DNA from: a bacterium
GTDB lineage: Bacteria > UBA10199 > JACPAL01 > GCA-016699445
Direction of reading: 5' to 3'
NCBI GenBank assembly: GCA_035454885.1
Contig: DATIGE010000056.1
Span: 9,290 to 73,289 of the forward strand
Length of the DNA: 64,000 nt
Below the pieces are notes generated by a model. The model made no database searches. It was not told where the DNA came from and saw only the letters and a list, made by a program, of their open reading frames with translations. How positions within the stretch are numbered: position 1 is the stretch's first letter; each line of letters begins with the position of its first letter. Positions 51,299-62,110 of the stretch are shown piece after piece. The translations under genes and the position numbers were made by a program.

Positions 51299-52189
51299 TC
51301 ACAACAAATTGGATGCTGCGGCAACCCACCATTCGGGATGGGCTGCTTTCAGCACTCTGAGGGCTTCGTCCCTCTTTTGGGGGTCGGAGTATAGACCGAA
51401 GACGGTCGATCCGCTCCCGGACATAAGGGCCGCGTCTGCGCCAAAGGTCTTGAGAGCTTCTTTCGCCTCTCCGACCACCGGATAGTGGGGCAGCACGACC
51501 GATTCCAGATCGTTGGTCAAATACGTGCAGAGGCACGTCATCGACTCAAAAGCGGCGCGGAGGCTAACAGCGGGGGGTGGGGTTGTCAACGGATTGATTT
51601 TCAATTGGGAATACACCCACTTGGTGGAGATGGCCACATCGGGATGAATAAGAATCAGATGGAGGGGAGGCAGGGACGCCACGGGACGGACCTCCTCGCC
51701 GATCCCGAGGACCCATTTGGCCCCGTCCGTGAGGAAAAAAGGGACGTCGGCTCCGATTTTATAAGCGATTTCCGGATAGGCCGACGGGGCTAAGTTCCGC
51801 CCGGTCAGGAGCTCGACCGCCCTCATGACGGCCGCGGCATCGCTGGACCCTCCCCCCAGCCCCGCCCCCATCGGAATCGCCTTCTTCAGGAGAAGCCTCA
51901 GGCCCCCTTCATAACCCAAACCACCCGCCGCGAACCGGAAGGCCCTCGCGACGAGGGAATCCTCCCCCACGGGCACGTCGGGATGGTCGCAGGAGGCCTC
52001 CCAAGTCCCCGCCTCCGGCAGGGCCTCGAACGCGAGGGTGTCTCCAAAGCTCAAGGGGACCATCAGGCTCTGCAGATCGTGATATCCATCCGGGCGCTTC
52101 CCGGTGATCTTCAGACCCAGATTCACCTTGGCGGGCGCGGCAAGACAAAACCTGCCTTTTTCCCCTGGATTCATCGCGGGATTCATCAT
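51299..52189 (-). CDS. ispE: 4-diphosphocytidyl-2-C-methyl-D-erythritol kinase
   Basis: APAKVNLGLKI..KR.DGYH and GHMP-kinase motif PMGAGLGGGSSDAAA. Confidence 0.9.
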   Translation of the reverse strand: MMNPAMNPGEKGRFCLAAPAKVNLGLKITGKRPDGYHDLQSLMVPLSFGDTLAFEALPEAGTWEASCDHPDVPVGEDSLVARAFRFAAGGLGYEGGLRLLLKKAIPMGAGLGGGSSDAAAVMRAVELLTGRNLAPSAYPEIAYKIGADVPFFLTDGAKWVLGIGEEVRPVASLPPLHLILIHPDVAISTKWVYSQLKINPLTTPPPAVSLRAAFESMTCLCTYLTNDLESVVLPHYPVVGEAKEALKTFGADAALMSGSGSTVFGLYSDPQKRDEALRVLKAAHPEWWVAAASNLL

Positions 52190-52200
52190 ACGTTCCGCTC

Positions 52201-53226
52201 ATGGCCGACCTTTTGGAAAATGTCAAAATCTCCGAACGGCGACGCGGCAAGATGATCACGCTTTCCTCCCTCAAGGAGGGCAAGGTCAAGAGCTTCGACG
52301 GCACCGAGCTTTACTACCGGAGTTTTGGGCGGGGCATTCCGCCCATCGTCTGTTGCAACGGACTCGGCGTCGGCACCTTTTTTTGGGTCTATCTCGAACG
52401 GGCCTTCCGGACCGCGCACCAAGTCGTCACCTGGGATTACCGCGGACATGGCAAATCGGAGCTCAAAAAGAACCCCAAGAACTACAACCTCTTCGCGCTC
52501 GTGAAGGACTTGAAGGCGATGGTCGACAACCAAAAGCTCGAAAAGCCGGTTCTGATCGGCCACAGCTTGGGCGTGCAGGTCATTTTGGAATTCTACCGGC
52601 GCTGGCCCGACAAGGTCGGCGGCATGGTCCTCTGCTTCGGCACCTACGGGAGGCCGATGGACCACTTTTACAACTCGCGGTTCTCCCGCTACCTCTTCCG
52701 GGTGCTTCACGAAATCTCGCTCGCCTTTCCGCGCGAGAGCAACCTCATCAGCCGCCTGCTCCTCAAGAATCCCCTCTCCTTCTTCTTGGGCGGCGTCCTC
52801 AAGGTCATGCACACGGGGATGATCGACAAGAAGGACACCGAGCGCTACATCGAGCACGTCCTTTCCGTGGACCCGACCTTTTTCCAGTTGCTCCTCAAGA
52901 GCGCCCAGGACAATTCCTCCGAAGACATGCTCCGCAAGATCCGCGTGCCGGTGCTGGTCATCGCGGGAGAGTACGACCAGTTCACGCCGGTGTGGATCTC
53001 CAAAAAGATGCACCGGTTGGTCCCGGAGTCGGAGCTGTTCGTCATGCACAAGGCGACCCACGCGGGACTGGTCGAGCAGCCGGATTTGATCAATCTGAGG
53101 ATCGAGAAGTTCATCAAGGACCGCGTGCAGCCGTCTCTTCAAAAGACCCAGAAGTCCAAGGCGTCCAAACCTTCCAAGATGGGACGCAGGAACATCAAGC
53201 TCCGGCTGGTCGCCGGGTCCCGCTAA
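52201..53226 (+). CDS. alpha/beta-fold hydrolase
   Basis: Nucleophile elbow GHSLGV, an upstream oxyanion-region CCNGLG, and a late H in ATHAGLVEQP. Confidence 0.8.
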   Translation: MADLLENVKISERRRGKMITLSSLKEGKVKSFDGTELYYRSFGRGIPPIVCCNGLGVGTFFWVYLERAFRTAHQVVTWDYRGHGKSELKKNPKNYNLFALVKDLKAMVDNQKLEKPVLIGHSLGVQVILEFYRRWPDKVGGMVLCFGTYGRPMDHFYNSRFSRYLFRVLHEISLAFPRESNLISRLLLKNPLSFFLGGVLKVMHTGMIDKKDTERYIEHVLSVDPTFFQLLLKSAQDNSSEDMLRKIRVPVLVIAGEYDQFTPVWISKKMHRLVPESELFVMHKATHAGLVEQPDLINLRIEKFIKDRVQPSLQKTQKSKASKPSKMGRRNIKLRLVAGSR

Positions 53227-54542
53227 CCTTCCTGCCCGGCCGCTTCGCGGTCCCAGTCATCGAGTTCCGGGGGCCTGACGTGGAGGGCATCCAGATATAA
53301 TCGCAGGGGGAGTCCCGTACGGCCGATCGTGTCTTCAAACTCAAGGTCGTCGTCCACCGGCCGTCCTTTGGGGTCCAGGTGGATGTATTCATGCTGTAGA
53401 AAGGGGAGCTTTTCATTCAGTACCTTGGGATTGCGCAAAAGGGTCAAGAGAATATCGTGTTTTTGATGGGGTTTTTGAAAACCTTCCGCCCGCGTCAAGA
53501 TTTCGATGACAGCCCGGTCAAGCGTCTCGTCCGGCTTGCGGATCCAGATCTGGAGCATGGGCTCGCAGACCAGGGAGGGGTCCTCGATTTCCTTGTCCCG
53601 AAGCGCCTCGCAAATCCGCTTCATGAGCACCTGCAAGCGCTCTCCCGCCCCCCGCGAAAGACGGTTCGAAACGCAATGACGCTCCACGGCCTGTCTCACA
53701 CGCTCGGAGATTTTGGAAAAATGCCGGACCAAAACCGTCTTTCGGCAGTGAAATTCGATCAAATCCGGCGAGAGCTCGATGAGCAACGGATCCCCTCTCA
53801 GTCCCGCCGTCGCAAACCGGATATTCCGGTAGATGGGGATAAATCCCCGAAGCGGCACACCGCGCTCGCGGGCCACTTCTTCCCATGGGTGGTGTCCACC
53901 GTATTCCATCGGCTCGATGGATCCGTCCTGAAGATTCAGCGCCCACTGGACCTGATGGACGTCGGTTTGGGGGGCCCCGTGCTTCCGGAGATCCAAACGG
54001 TAATTCTGCAGGGTGCCGTCGAGGGGCGTCACGCGGACGGTGACCTTTCCGCCGTTCACGACGGCCGCAGCGATCGCCGAACGGGAGCGAGTGTTCATCG
54101 CCTTCCACAACTCCAGCCGAATCCGCTCGGCCAGAATCTTGACGAGAAGACCCTCATCGGGCGAACGGCCTCCCGCTTTCATCCAGGCGAAGGAATCCCG
54201 GCGGATGGCCCCCCGATCCGAAGGGATGGCGGGCAAGGCGGGCTCACCGGCGGAAGATCGACCCTCGGGCGGATACATCTGCCACACCTCCCCGGGAAGC
54301 CCCCGGGGTGAGACGGGACTCCCGTCCTGGTTCAGGCGGATTTCGGCGCGGTGAAAGGAGGCCCGGAATCCTTGCGCGAGGCCTAAGTCCGGTTCCCAGA
54401 GCAGCGGCGTCCGGGTCGGCGTCCGGATCGGACCGTCTTCCCCCAGGGAGGTGGCATTCAACCTCGGCTCAGGGGGCCTGATCTCGGAAGCAAGGACCGC
54501 CGAAGGAAGGAGAAACGAAAAAGAGGTTCGTGAGACAAACAC
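53223..54542 (-). CDS. hypothetical exported protein (439 aa)
   Basis: N-terminal hydrophobic segment MFVSRTSFSFLLPSAVLASE and ordinary composition. No motif recognised. Its 3' end overlaps the convergent hydrolase gene by 4 nt. Confidence 0.55.
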   Translation of the reverse strand: MFVSRTSFSFLLPSAVLASEIRPPEPRLNATSLGEDGPIRTPTRTPLLWEPDLGLAQGFRASFHRAEIRLNQDGSPVSPRGLPGEVWQMYPPEGRSSAGEPALPAIPSDRGAIRRDSFAWMKAGGRSPDEGLLVKILAERIRLELWKAMNTRSRSAIAAAVVNGGKVTVRVTPLDGTLQNYRLDLRKHGAPQTDVHQVQWALNLQDGSIEPMEYGGHHPWEEVARERGVPLRGFIPIYRNIRFATAGLRGDPLLIELSPDLIEFHCRKTVLVRHFSKISERVRQAVERHCVSNRLSRGAGERLQVLMKRICEALRDKEIEDPSLVCEPMLQIWIRKPDETLDRAVIEILTRAEGFQKPHQKHDILLTLLRNPKVLNEKLPFLQHEYIHLDPKGRPVDDDLEFEDTIGRTGLPLRLYLDALHVRPPELDDWDREAAGQEG

Positions 54543-54576
54543 GGGGTCTTTTTCGGCGGAGACGCGTAAAGGTTGC

Positions 54577-57165
54577 TTACCCCTTCTTGAACGTCAGACC
54601 GCCGATGTCCGCGGCGTCCGCGGTCACTTCGTCGCCCTCGTGGAAGTCCCCCTCCAAGATCTGCATGGAGAGGGGGTCTTGAAGATACTTCTGGATCGCC
54701 CGCTTGAGCGGACGCGCCCCATAGACGGGGTCGTAGCCCTGTTTGGCCAAAAAGTGTTTGGCCTTGGCCGTGAGGTGCAGCGTGATCTTCCGCTCGGACA
54801 GGAGTTTTTGCAGATGGGCGGTCTGGATGTCGACGATCCTCTCGATCTGCTTTTCGGACAAGGAATGGAAGAGGATGAGGTCGTCGACACGGTTTAAGAA
54901 CTCCGGGCGGAAATGGCCGCGCAGGGCCTCCATGACCCGGTTTTCCATCTCCTTTTCATCTTTCCCGGCGAGTTCGGTAATGTGCTGGCTCCCGATGTTG
55001 CTGGTCATGATGATGACGGTGTTCTTGAAGTCCACCACGCGACCCTGGCCGTCCGTGAGCCGCCCGTCGTCCAGGACCTGCAGCAGGACGTTGAAGACGT
55101 CGTGGTGGGCCTTTTCGATCTCGTCGAAGAGGATGACGGAATAGGGCCTTCGGCGGACGGCCTCGGTCAGCTGGCCGCCTTCCTCGTAGCCGACGTAACC
55201 CGGCGGGGCCCCGATCAGGCGCGAGACCGAGTGCTTTTCCATGTACTCGGACATGTCGATCCGGACCATCGCCTGCTCGTCGTCGAAGAGGAATTCCGCC
55301 AGGGCGCGCGCCGTCTCGGTCTTGCCGACGCCGGTGGGCCCCATGAAGATGAAGGAGCCGATCGGCCGGTTGGGGTCCGAGAGCCCCGCCCGCGAGCGGC
55401 GCACGGCGTTGGCCACCTTCTTGAGCGCCTCGTCCTGGCCGATCACCCTCTCGCGCAGGCGTTCCTCCATGTGGATGAGCTTCTGGACCTCGCCTTCGAG
55501 CATCTTCGAGACGGGAATGCCCGTCCACTTGGCCACGACCTCCGCGATGTCCTCGGGCTCGACCTCTTCCTTGAGCATCTTCACGTCTTTCTGAAGTTTC
55601 GCGAGGCGTTCGTTTTCCTTTTCCAAATTCTTCTGGAGCTCGTGGAGTTTTCCGTACTTGAGCTCCGCGGCGCGGCCCAGGTCGCCGTGGCGTTCGGCCT
55701 GCTCGGCCTCGGCCTTGGTCGCCTCGATGGCCCCCTTGACCTCGCGGATCTTCGCGATCGCCGCCTTCTCGTTCTGCCAGTGGGCCTTGAGCTGGGTGGA
55801 TTCCTCCTTGAGGGAGGACAGGTCTTTTTCGATCTTGGCCAGGCGTTCTTGCGAGGGCTTATCCGTTTCCTTTTTGAGCGCCTGTTTCTCGACCTCGAGC
55901 TGCAGGATCTTCCGCTCGATGGTGTCGATCTCCGTCGGCATGCTGTCGATCTCGATCCTCAGTTTCGACGCCGCCTCGTCGACCAGGTCGATCGCCTTGT
56001 CCGGCAGGAACCGGTCGGCGATGTAGCGATGAGAGAGCGTCGCAGCGCCGACGAGAGCCGAGTCCTGGATCTTCACGCCGTGATGAACCTCGTAGCGTTC
56101 CTTGAGGCCCCGGAGGATGGCGATGGTGTCCTCGACCGACGGCTCGCCGACCACGACGGGCTGAAACCGCCTCTCCAGGGCCGCGTCCTTCTCGACGTGT
56201 TTGCGGTATTCGTCGAGCGTCGTCGCCCCGATGCACCGGAGCTCGCCGCGGGCCAACGCGGGCTTGAGCATGTTGGCGGCGTCGACCGCGCCTTCGGCCG
56301 CGCCGGCCCCGACCAAGGTGTGCAACTCGTCGATGAAAAGGATCACCTCGCCGCCCGCCTCGGTGACCTCCTTGAGCACGGCCTTGAGCCGGTCCTCGAA
56401 CTCGCCCCGGTACTTGGAGCCGGCGACCATCGCGCCCAAGTCGAGGGCCACGAGCCGCTTGTCCTTGAGGCTCTCCGGCACGTCCCCATGGGCGATCCTT
56501 TGCGCGAGGCCCTCCACGATGGCGGTCTTGCCCACGCCGGGCTCACCGATCAAAACCGGGTTGTTCTTGGTGCGCCGCGAGAGCACCTGCATCACCCGCC
56601 GGACCTCGTCGTCCCGCCCGATGACCGGGTCCACCTTGCCCCGGCGCGCTTGTTCCGTGAGGTCCCGCCCGTAGCGGGCGAGGGCCTGATACCGCACCTC
56701 CGGGTTCTGGTCGGTCACCCGGTGCGTCCCACGCACCTGCTGGAGGGCCTTGAGGACGGTGTCCTTGGAGACCCCGAGCTCGCGGAGGATCTGCGAGGCC
56801 GGCGACTCCTTGACCTCGACCAGGGCCAGGAGGAGATGCTCCGTGCTGACGTAATCGTCTTTCAGCTTTTCGGCCTCGAGCCGGGCGTTGTCGAAGACCT
56901 GCTTGAGCCTGAAAGAAATGTAGACGTTCCCCTGGAGGGGAGTGACCTTCGGGATCTTGTTCAGCTCCGCCGCGATCCGCGCGGAGAGCGCCGGCACGTC
57001 CACTTCAAGCTTTTGCAACAAGGGCCTCACCAGCCCCTCGCTCTGGTCGAGAAGCGACTGGAGAAGGTGCTCCGGTTCCACCTGCTGATTCCCGCGCGTC
57101 TCCGCCTGCTTTTGGGAATCGAGGACCGCTTCCTGGGCTTTGAGTGTCAGCTGATCGAGGCGCAT
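54577..57165 (-). CDS. clpB: ATP-dependent chaperone / disaggregase ClpB
   Basis: Clp_N repeats, two AAA+ modules (GEPGVGKT and GPTGVGKT) and a long coiled-coil middle domain; 862 aa. Confidence 0.95.
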   Translation of the reverse strand: MRLDQLTLKAQEAVLDSQKQAETRGNQQVEPEHLLQSLLDQSEGLVRPLLQKLEVDVPALSARIAAELNKIPKVTPLQGNVYISFRLKQVFDNARLEAEKLKDDYVSTEHLLLALVEVKESPASQILRELGVSKDTVLKALQQVRGTHRVTDQNPEVRYQALARYGRDLTEQARRGKVDPVIGRDDEVRRVMQVLSRRTKNNPVLIGEPGVGKTAIVEGLAQRIAHGDVPESLKDKRLVALDLGAMVAGSKYRGEFEDRLKAVLKEVTEAGGEVILFIDELHTLVGAGAAEGAVDAANMLKPALARGELRCIGATTLDEYRKHVEKDAALERRFQPVVVGEPSVEDTIAILRGLKERYEVHHGVKIQDSALVGAATLSHRYIADRFLPDKAIDLVDEAASKLRIEIDSMPTEIDTIERKILQLEVEKQALKKETDKPSQERLAKIEKDLSSLKEESTQLKAHWQNEKAAIAKIREVKGAIEATKAEAEQAERHGDLGRAAELKYGKLHELQKNLEKENERLAKLQKDVKMLKEEVEPEDIAEVVAKWTGIPVSKMLEGEVQKLIHMEERLRERVIGQDEALKKVANAVRRSRAGLSDPNRPIGSFIFMGPTGVGKTETARALAEFLFDDEQAMVRIDMSEYMEKHSVSRLIGAPPGYVGYEEGGQLTEAVRRRPYSVILFDEIEKAHHDVFNVLLQVLDDGRLTDGQGRVVDFKNTVIIMTSNIGSQHITELAGKDEKEMENRVMEALRGHFRPEFLNRVDDLILFHSLSEKQIERIVDIQTAHLQKLLSERKITLHLTAKAKHFLAKQGYDPVYGARPLKRAIQKYLQDPLSMQILEGDFHEGDEVTADAADIGGLTFKKG

Positions 57166-57168
57166 CGT

Positions 57169-58668
57169 TTATTTGGCAAAAGCGAGAAAGACCGTCGAGT
57201 CCTCCCGCTTGATGAAAAGCCGGACAATCTCCCCCGTCTTCACCTTCTTCGAGGCGGCGATGTAGTCCGCCACGCCGTTGATCTTCTGTCCGTTGATCGA
57301 GAGTAGCACATCCCCGATCTGAACGCCCGCAATCTCCGCCTGGCTCCCCGACTCGACGTTCACGATCGAGACGCCCCGGTTGTCCTGCGCGAGCCCCATC
57401 TGGGCCGCCTCCTCCGGCGTCACGTCCCGGCACGTCAGCCCCAGCTCGGCGGACGAGGACTTGGCCCCGCCTTCGGCGACCTGATCGCCCTTGTCCATCT
57501 CACCCAGCGTGACCTGAAGAGACAGCTCCCTGCCCTCCCGCAGCACGCTCATGGCCGAGGTCTTGCCCACCGGTTCGCGCGCGACCATCGTCGGGAGGTC
57601 ATGGGACTCCTCAATGGGTTTCCCCTCGAACGAGCGGATGACGTCGCCGCTCTTGAGCCCCGCCTTTTCCGCCGGGCTGTTGGGAAAGACGTTCGACACG
57701 AGGGCGCCCTTCTGATCGGGGAGATTGAACGACTTGGCGAGCTCCGGCGTGATGTCCTGAATGCCAACGCCCAGCCAGGCCCGCGTGACCCGGCCCTTGC
57801 TGATCAGCTGCGGAACCAGCTCTTTGGCCATGTTGATGGGGATGGCGAAACCGATTCCCTGGCCCGCCGCAACGATCGCCGTGTTGACGCCCACCACCTC
57901 GCCCTTGAGGTTGAACAGCGGTCCGCCCGAATTGCCGGGATTGATCGATGCGTCGGTCTGGATGAAGTCGTCGTAAGGCCCGGCCCCGATCACCCGCCCC
58001 TTGGCCGAAACGATGCCCGCCGTGACCGTATGATCGAGACCGAACGGGTTGCCCACGGCCATCACCCAGTCGCCGACCTGCACCTGGCTCGAATCCCCCA
58101 AAGTCGCAGCGGGCAGATTCGCGGCCGTGATCTTGATGACGGCCAGGTCGGTCTTGGAGTCGCTGCCCACGATCTTGCCGTCGTACTTCCGCTTTCCGTC
58201 CACCATCACCTGGATCTCGTCCGCCCCCTCAACCACGTGGTTGTTCGTGATGATGTATCCTTCGCTGTTGATGATGAAACCGGATCCGAGGCTTTTTTGA
58301 GGGGCGTCCATGCCCGGTCCGTCGAAGAAGTGCTCGAAGAAGTCGTCAAAGAACGGGTCCCGCGGCATTCGATGGAATCCCTGCGGCATGCGGCGGCGCG
58401 CGTTTTTCGTGGTACTGATGTTCACGACCGACGAGCTCACCCTCTTGGCCAGGTCGGAGAAGGTGGGCAGAGCCCCGAAAAAGGCCGCGGGCTGAACGGC
58501 GGGCGCCAGGGGTTGAGGCGCCGTCGAGACGGGTTTCTGTCCTTCTTGAAAGTACTCGACGGCCTTGACGCGCGAATCGCGGTCCAGTCCGATGACGGAG
58601 ACCACACCGACCACCGCCCCCAAGATTCCGATGCCGATCGCTTTTGTCCAAGACCGACGCGTTTCCAT
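57169..58668 (-). CDS. htrA: periplasmic serine endoprotease DegP/HtrA family with two PDZ domains
   Basis: The start is set at ATG 58668 (GGAGGAG RBS; METRRSW...). Catalytic TNNHVV, D, and GNSGGPL. Two PDZ-like segments. Only 3 nt separate it from clpB. Confidence 0.9.
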   Translation of the reverse strand: METRRSWTKAIGIGILGAVVGVVSVIGLDRDSRVKAVEYFQEGQKPVSTAPQPLAPAVQPAAFFGALPTFSDLAKRVSSSVVNISTTKNARRRMPQGFHRMPRDPFFDDFFEHFFDGPGMDAPQKSLGSGFIINSEGYIITNNHVVEGADEIQVMVDGKRKYDGKIVGSDSKTDLAVIKITAANLPAATLGDSSQVQVGDWVMAVGNPFGLDHTVTAGIVSAKGRVIGAGPYDDFIQTDASINPGNSGGPLFNLKGEVVGVNTAIVAAGQGIGFAIPINMAKELVPQLISKGRVTRAWLGVGIQDITPELAKSFNLPDQKGALVSNVFPNSPAEKAGLKSGDVIRSFEGKPIEESHDLPTMVAREPVGKTSAMSVLREGRELSLQVTLGEMDKGDQVAEGGAKSSSAELGLTCRDVTPEEAAQMGLAQDNRGVSIVNVESGSQAEIAGVQIGDVLLSINGQKINGVADYIAASKKVKTGEIVRLFIKREDSTVFLAFAK

Positions 58669-58758
58669 AAAGCTCCTCCCGCTCACCCCTTGTTTCCCCG
58701 AAATCTACCGTTGTCGCTGACCCAATTGTAGTTAAAATTATTTAATAATATTAATGAG

Positions 58759-58786
58759 ATAATAATCATCCTCCATCGCCTGTCAA
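58759..58786 (-). promoter_or_regulatory. possible sigma-70 promoter for htrA-clpB (TTGACA-N16-TATTAT on the minus strand)
   Basis: The reverse complement of 58781-58786 is TTGACA and that of 58759-58764 is TATTAT. It lies back-to-back with the rpoH promoter. Sequence match only. Confidence 0.35.
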
Positions 58787-58801
58787 GGTAAGGGGGGTCT
58801 A

Positions 58802-58830
58802 TTGACACAGCGAGCTATCCTCCCTATATT
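58802..58830 (+). promoter_or_regulatory. near-consensus sigma-70 promoter of rpoH (TTGACA-N17-TATATT)
   Basis: TTGACA is at 58802-58807, followed by a 17-nt spacer and TATATT at 58825-58830. GAGGTGA RBS, then ATG 58851. Confidence 0.6.
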
Positions 58831-58850
58831 TGCAAGTTGAGGTGACCTCC

Positions 58851-59738
58851 ATGTCGCGTTTGCCGGTTCCACAGGGATCGCTCTCGAGCTACCTCACGGA
58901 GATCAATCGTTTCCCACTTCTGTCTCCGGAGGAGGAGTTCCGTCTGGCGGTCCGCTACCGCGAGGATGGGGACGTCGAGGCCGCCCACAGGCTCGTCACC
59001 TCCAATCTCCGTTTCGTCGTCAAGGTCGCCTACGAATACAGATCCTACGGCATGCGGATGTCCGACCTGATCCAGGAAGGCAACATCGGCCTCATGACCG
59101 CCGTCAAAAAGTTCGATCCGCACAAGGGCTATCGCCTCATCTCCTATGCGGTGTGGTGGATCCGGGCGATGATCCAGAGCTACATCCTCAAGAGCTGGAG
59201 TCTGGTGAAGATCGGCACCACGCAGGCCCAGCGCAAGCTCTTTTACAAACTCTCTCAGACGAAGCGGGCTCTGGCGCGCCTGATGTCCGGCGGCGGGCAG
59301 GAAACCCTCGACGACGCCGGACGCGGCATCGTGGCCAAGGCCCTTCATGTGAGCGACCGCGACGTGGAGGAGATGGACGCCCGCATGAGCGGTCGCGACG
59401 CCTCCCTGGACGCGCCGTTGCGCGAAGACGGCCAGACGACGGCGCTGGATCTCCTGGCCGCGGCCGACAACCAGGAAGACGACGTCGCGCGCGCCGAAGA
59501 GGAGTCCAAGGTGCGGGACGACGTCCGGTCGGCGATGACGACCCTGAACGACAAAGAGCGTTACATCGTCGAAAAACGCCTGATGACCGACGAGCCGATG
59601 ACGCTCCAAGAGATCGGCGACCACTACAAGATTTCCCGCGAACGCGCCCGGCAGCTCGAGGAGCGCGCCAAGAAGAAGATCCGCGCGGTCCTGACCGCGT
59701 CGGGGTTCTCTTCCGAGGTTTCCGGGGAACTTCGTTGA
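58851..59738 (+). CDS. rpoH: RNA polymerase sigma-32 (heat-shock sigma factor RpoH)
   Basis: The start is set at ATG 58851, downstream of the promoter. Region 2 reads [33 protein letters not shown]. The RpoH-box-like QRKLFYKL is present, and region 4 reads [20 protein letters not shown]. Confidence 0.85.
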   Translation: MSRLPVPQGSLSSYLTEINRFPLLSPEEEFRLAVRYREDGDVEAAHRLVTSNLRFVVKVAYEYRSYGMRMSDLIQEGNIGLMTAVKKFDPHKGYRLISYAVWWIRAMIQSYILKSWSLVKIGTTQAQRKLFYKLSQTKRALARLMSGGGQETLDDAGRGIVAKALHVSDRDVEEMDARMSGRDASLDAPLREDGQTTALDLLAAADNQEDDVARAEEESKVRDDVRSAMTTLNDKERYIVEKRLMTDEPMTLQEIGDHYKISRERARQLEERAKKKIRAVLTASGFSSEVSGELR

Positions 59739-60472
59739 AACGATACGCCGTCATCGGGCTCGCCCTTCTCGCGGCGTCCGGCTGCGCCAAGAAGCCCTTT
59801 CTCTCATCGGCTTCCAGCGGCGAAACCGCCTACGCTGAATGCCAGAAACTTTCCGACGACAAGGAATACGAGCGCGCCAACGAGTGCTACGAGGTCCTCA
59901 AGAGCCGGTTCGGGGGCAGCGCCGCGTCGGCGGACGCCGATCTGGCCATCGCCGACAATTACTTCCGCAAGGGCGAGTTCCTGCTCGCCTCGGAATCCTA
60001 CATCGCGTTCACAAAGCTTCATCCCGCGCACGACAAGATCGGCTACGCCTATTACAAGATCGGGCTCTGCTACCTGAAGGAGAACCCAAAGGCGATCGAC
60101 CGGGACCAGAAGTACCTGGAGACGGCCATCCAGTACTTCGAGCTCGCCATGAACCGGACCTCGGGAGACCTCCGGACCGCCGTTCAGGAAAAATGGGTCG
60201 AGGCGCGGCAGAAGATCGCCAAGCGCCACTTTTACATCGGCCGCTACTATCACAAGACGGGCGAATACATCGCCGCCGTTCCCCGCTTTCAGGAGATCGT
60301 CACCAACTACACGGGACTGGGGTTGGACGAGCGGGCCCTCTACATGATGGGCGACTCCTTTGTCAGGCTCAAGGAGCGCGAAAGGGCCCTTGAAATCCTC
60401 GGGGTCTTCGAGCAACACTTCCCCGACAGCAAGTACCGAAAGAGGCTGGCGTCTAAATTGGATGTGAAATAA
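59735..60472 (+). CDS. bamD: outer-membrane protein assembly factor BamD (lipoprotein, TPR-like)
   Basis: TTG start overlapping the rpoH stop. Lipobox LLAASGC and the BamD/YfiO-like helical-repeat pattern (AIDRDQ...A...F..L...FPDSKY). The track ORF from 59153 is an out-of-frame overlap with rpoH. Confidence 0.8.
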   Translation: MKRYAVIGLALLAASGCAKKPFLSSASSGETAYAECQKLSDDKEYERANECYEVLKSRFGGSAASADADLAIADNYFRKGEFLLASESYIAFTKLHPAHDKIGYAYYKIGLCYLKENPKAIDRDQKYLETAIQYFELAMNRTSGDLRTAVQEKWVEARQKIAKRHFYIGRYYHKTGEYIAAVPRFQEIVTNYTGLGLDERALYMMGDSFVRLKERERALEILGVFEQHFPDSKYRKRLASKLDVK

Positions 60473-61191
60473 TGGCGCACGAAATCCGGGATTTGGTCGA
60501 GATCGGCAAGAAGCACTTCGAGAGCCGCAACTACGCGCGCGCCGAGCAGTATTTCCAAAAAATCCTCAAGACCGGCGCGCGGTACGCGGACGTGCTCAAC
60601 ATGCTCGGCATCATTTACCACGCGGACGGCAAGTTCAACAACGCCATCGAGTCCTTTGAAGAGGCCTTGGAGGTCAACCCCCACTACGCCGAGGCGACCC
60701 TCAACCTCGCCGTCCTCTACAACGACCTGGGCGAGTTCAAGAAGGCCAAGGCCCTTTACGCGCGCATCCCCCACATCCACGACCGCAAGGGCGCGACGGA
60801 CCTGGATCCGATTCTCAAAGGCAAGATCGCCAACCTGCACGCGCATCTGGGCGACGTCTACCGCGGCATCGGCAAGTACGCCGACGCGATCGACGAATAC
60901 AAGAAGGCGCTCAAGCTCTGCCCGGGCTACGCCGACATCCGCACCAAGCTCGGCATGTCCCTCCGCGAAAACGGCCAAAAGGACCAGGCGTTGAAGGAAT
61001 TCAACGCCGCGCTCGGCGAAAAGTCGGCCTTCAAGCCGGCCCGCATCCAACTGGGCCTGACGCACTACCTCATGGGGCAAAAGGACAAGGCCTCGAAGGC
61101 CTGGAAGGAAGTCCTGGCAAAGGACAAAGACAACAAGGTCGTGCAGACGTATTTGAGGCTGTGTGAGAACGGAAAATCAGCAAAAGAGTGA
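60472..61191 (+). CDS. TPR-repeat protein
   Basis: ATG overlaps the bamD stop as TAATG. There are several 34-residue TPR units (A..YF.K.L......A.....LG..Y...G....A...F..AL...P). Confidence 0.8.
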   Translation: MAHEIRDLVEIGKKHFESRNYARAEQYFQKILKTGARYADVLNMLGIIYHADGKFNNAIESFEEALEVNPHYAEATLNLAVLYNDLGEFKKAKALYARIPHIHDRKGATDLDPILKGKIANLHAHLGDVYRGIGKYADAIDEYKKALKLCPGYADIRTKLGMSLRENGQKDQALKEFNAALGEKSAFKPARIQLGLTHYLMGQKDKASKAWKEVLAKDKDNKVVQTYLRLCENGKSAKE

Positions 61192-61203
61192 CCCGGGCCC
61201 GCT

Positions 61204-62106
61204 CTAAACTTTACGAACATAGAGTGAGCCCGAAGGAGATGAAGGACCTCGCTTGAATGGAGTCGCCAGCATGCCATCGATCGTTTGCCATTCTTCATCC
61301 ATGAACTTCTTCAGGCCAGACTTGATCGTTTCCGGCTCACAATTTCGTTCGTAAGTTCCGAAGATTCTATCCCAAAAGGTAAAAATGATCCCAAAATTCC
61401 GATTCATTTGCCGAACATCCTGTGAATGATGCAAATGATGCATTCTCGGTGAGACAACAATGCATCTGATAATCTTGTCCCACTTTTCTCCTACATCAAT
61501 ATCCGCGTGATGGAATATCGTGATAACTGGTTGCAACAGGAGGTAGACCTCGCTTGCCACGACAGGAAGACCCACCATGAAGCTAAGCGGAAAAACAAAA
61601 CACATCGAAAATAGTACTTCCATGGGGTGAAATCGAACGGCAGTCGAACCATCGAGATGAAAATCGGTGTGATGCATACGATGAAATTGCCATGCGACGG
61701 GTATAAGATGTGTTAGGCGATGATACCAATAGATCGTCAAGTCTAATAGCAGGACTCCCAAAAACGTTCTCAACATTGCGGGTATAGAAAACCACATAGA
61801 ATCGACGGCATCGGAGCGAGGCAAAATTGGCACCATGGGAACGATGAGCAAGATTGATACTGTCGCGGTCGCGATGACATTCATTGCCTTAAATGACAAA
61901 TTACGAAACCGATGCTTCCAAGAACCTCGCGACCACCGGCTAGGCTCGATAGTTGAGATCAGAAACGTCAAAAATAAGCTGATGAATAGGCTCTGAACTT
62001 CTTGGTTGGAAAAAGTCAGATAACTTAGGAAATCGCCAATAAGGTTTCTCACGGCGTCAGGCATTACGTGGAGCCGCCTGCTCGGCGGCCCCACGTATAT
62101 TGACAA
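61204..62106 (-). CDS. fatty acid hydroxylase / sterol desaturase superfamily membrane protein
   Basis: His boxes WYHRLTH, FHRMHH and MHHLHH in a polytopic membrane protein. It lies in the low-GC patch. Confidence 0.75.
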   Translation of the reverse strand: MSIYVGPPSRRLHVMPDAVRNLIGDFLSYLTFSNQEVQSLFISLFLTFLISTIEPSRWSRGSWKHRFRNLSFKAMNVIATATVSILLIVPMVPILPRSDAVDSMWFSIPAMLRTFLGVLLLDLTIYWYHRLTHLIPVAWQFHRMHHTDFHLDGSTAVRFHPMEVLFSMCFVFPLSFMVGLPVVASEVYLLLQPVITIFHHADIDVGEKWDKIIRCIVVSPRMHHLHHSQDVRQMNRNFGIIFTFWDRIFGTYERNCEPETIKSGLKKFMDEEWQTIDGMLATPFKRGPSSPSGSLYVRKV

Positions 62107-62110
62107 TGAG

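Noticed and set aside
51130-51324. 65-codon N-terminal extension of prs in the ORF track
   Set aside because: It would run straight through the tRNA-Gln gene (51151-51221). The canonical Prs N-terminus begins at ATG 51129.
54913-57306. 797-aa plus-strand ORF
   Set aside because: It is antisense to clpB, which is unmistakable from its double AAA+ motifs. It is a shadow ORF.
59153-59734. Upstream part of the 439-aa ORF 59153..60472
   Set aside because: This part overlaps rpoH in a different frame and is Arg/Pro/Gly-rich. The real gene (bamD) starts at TTG 59735 with a lipoprotein signal.
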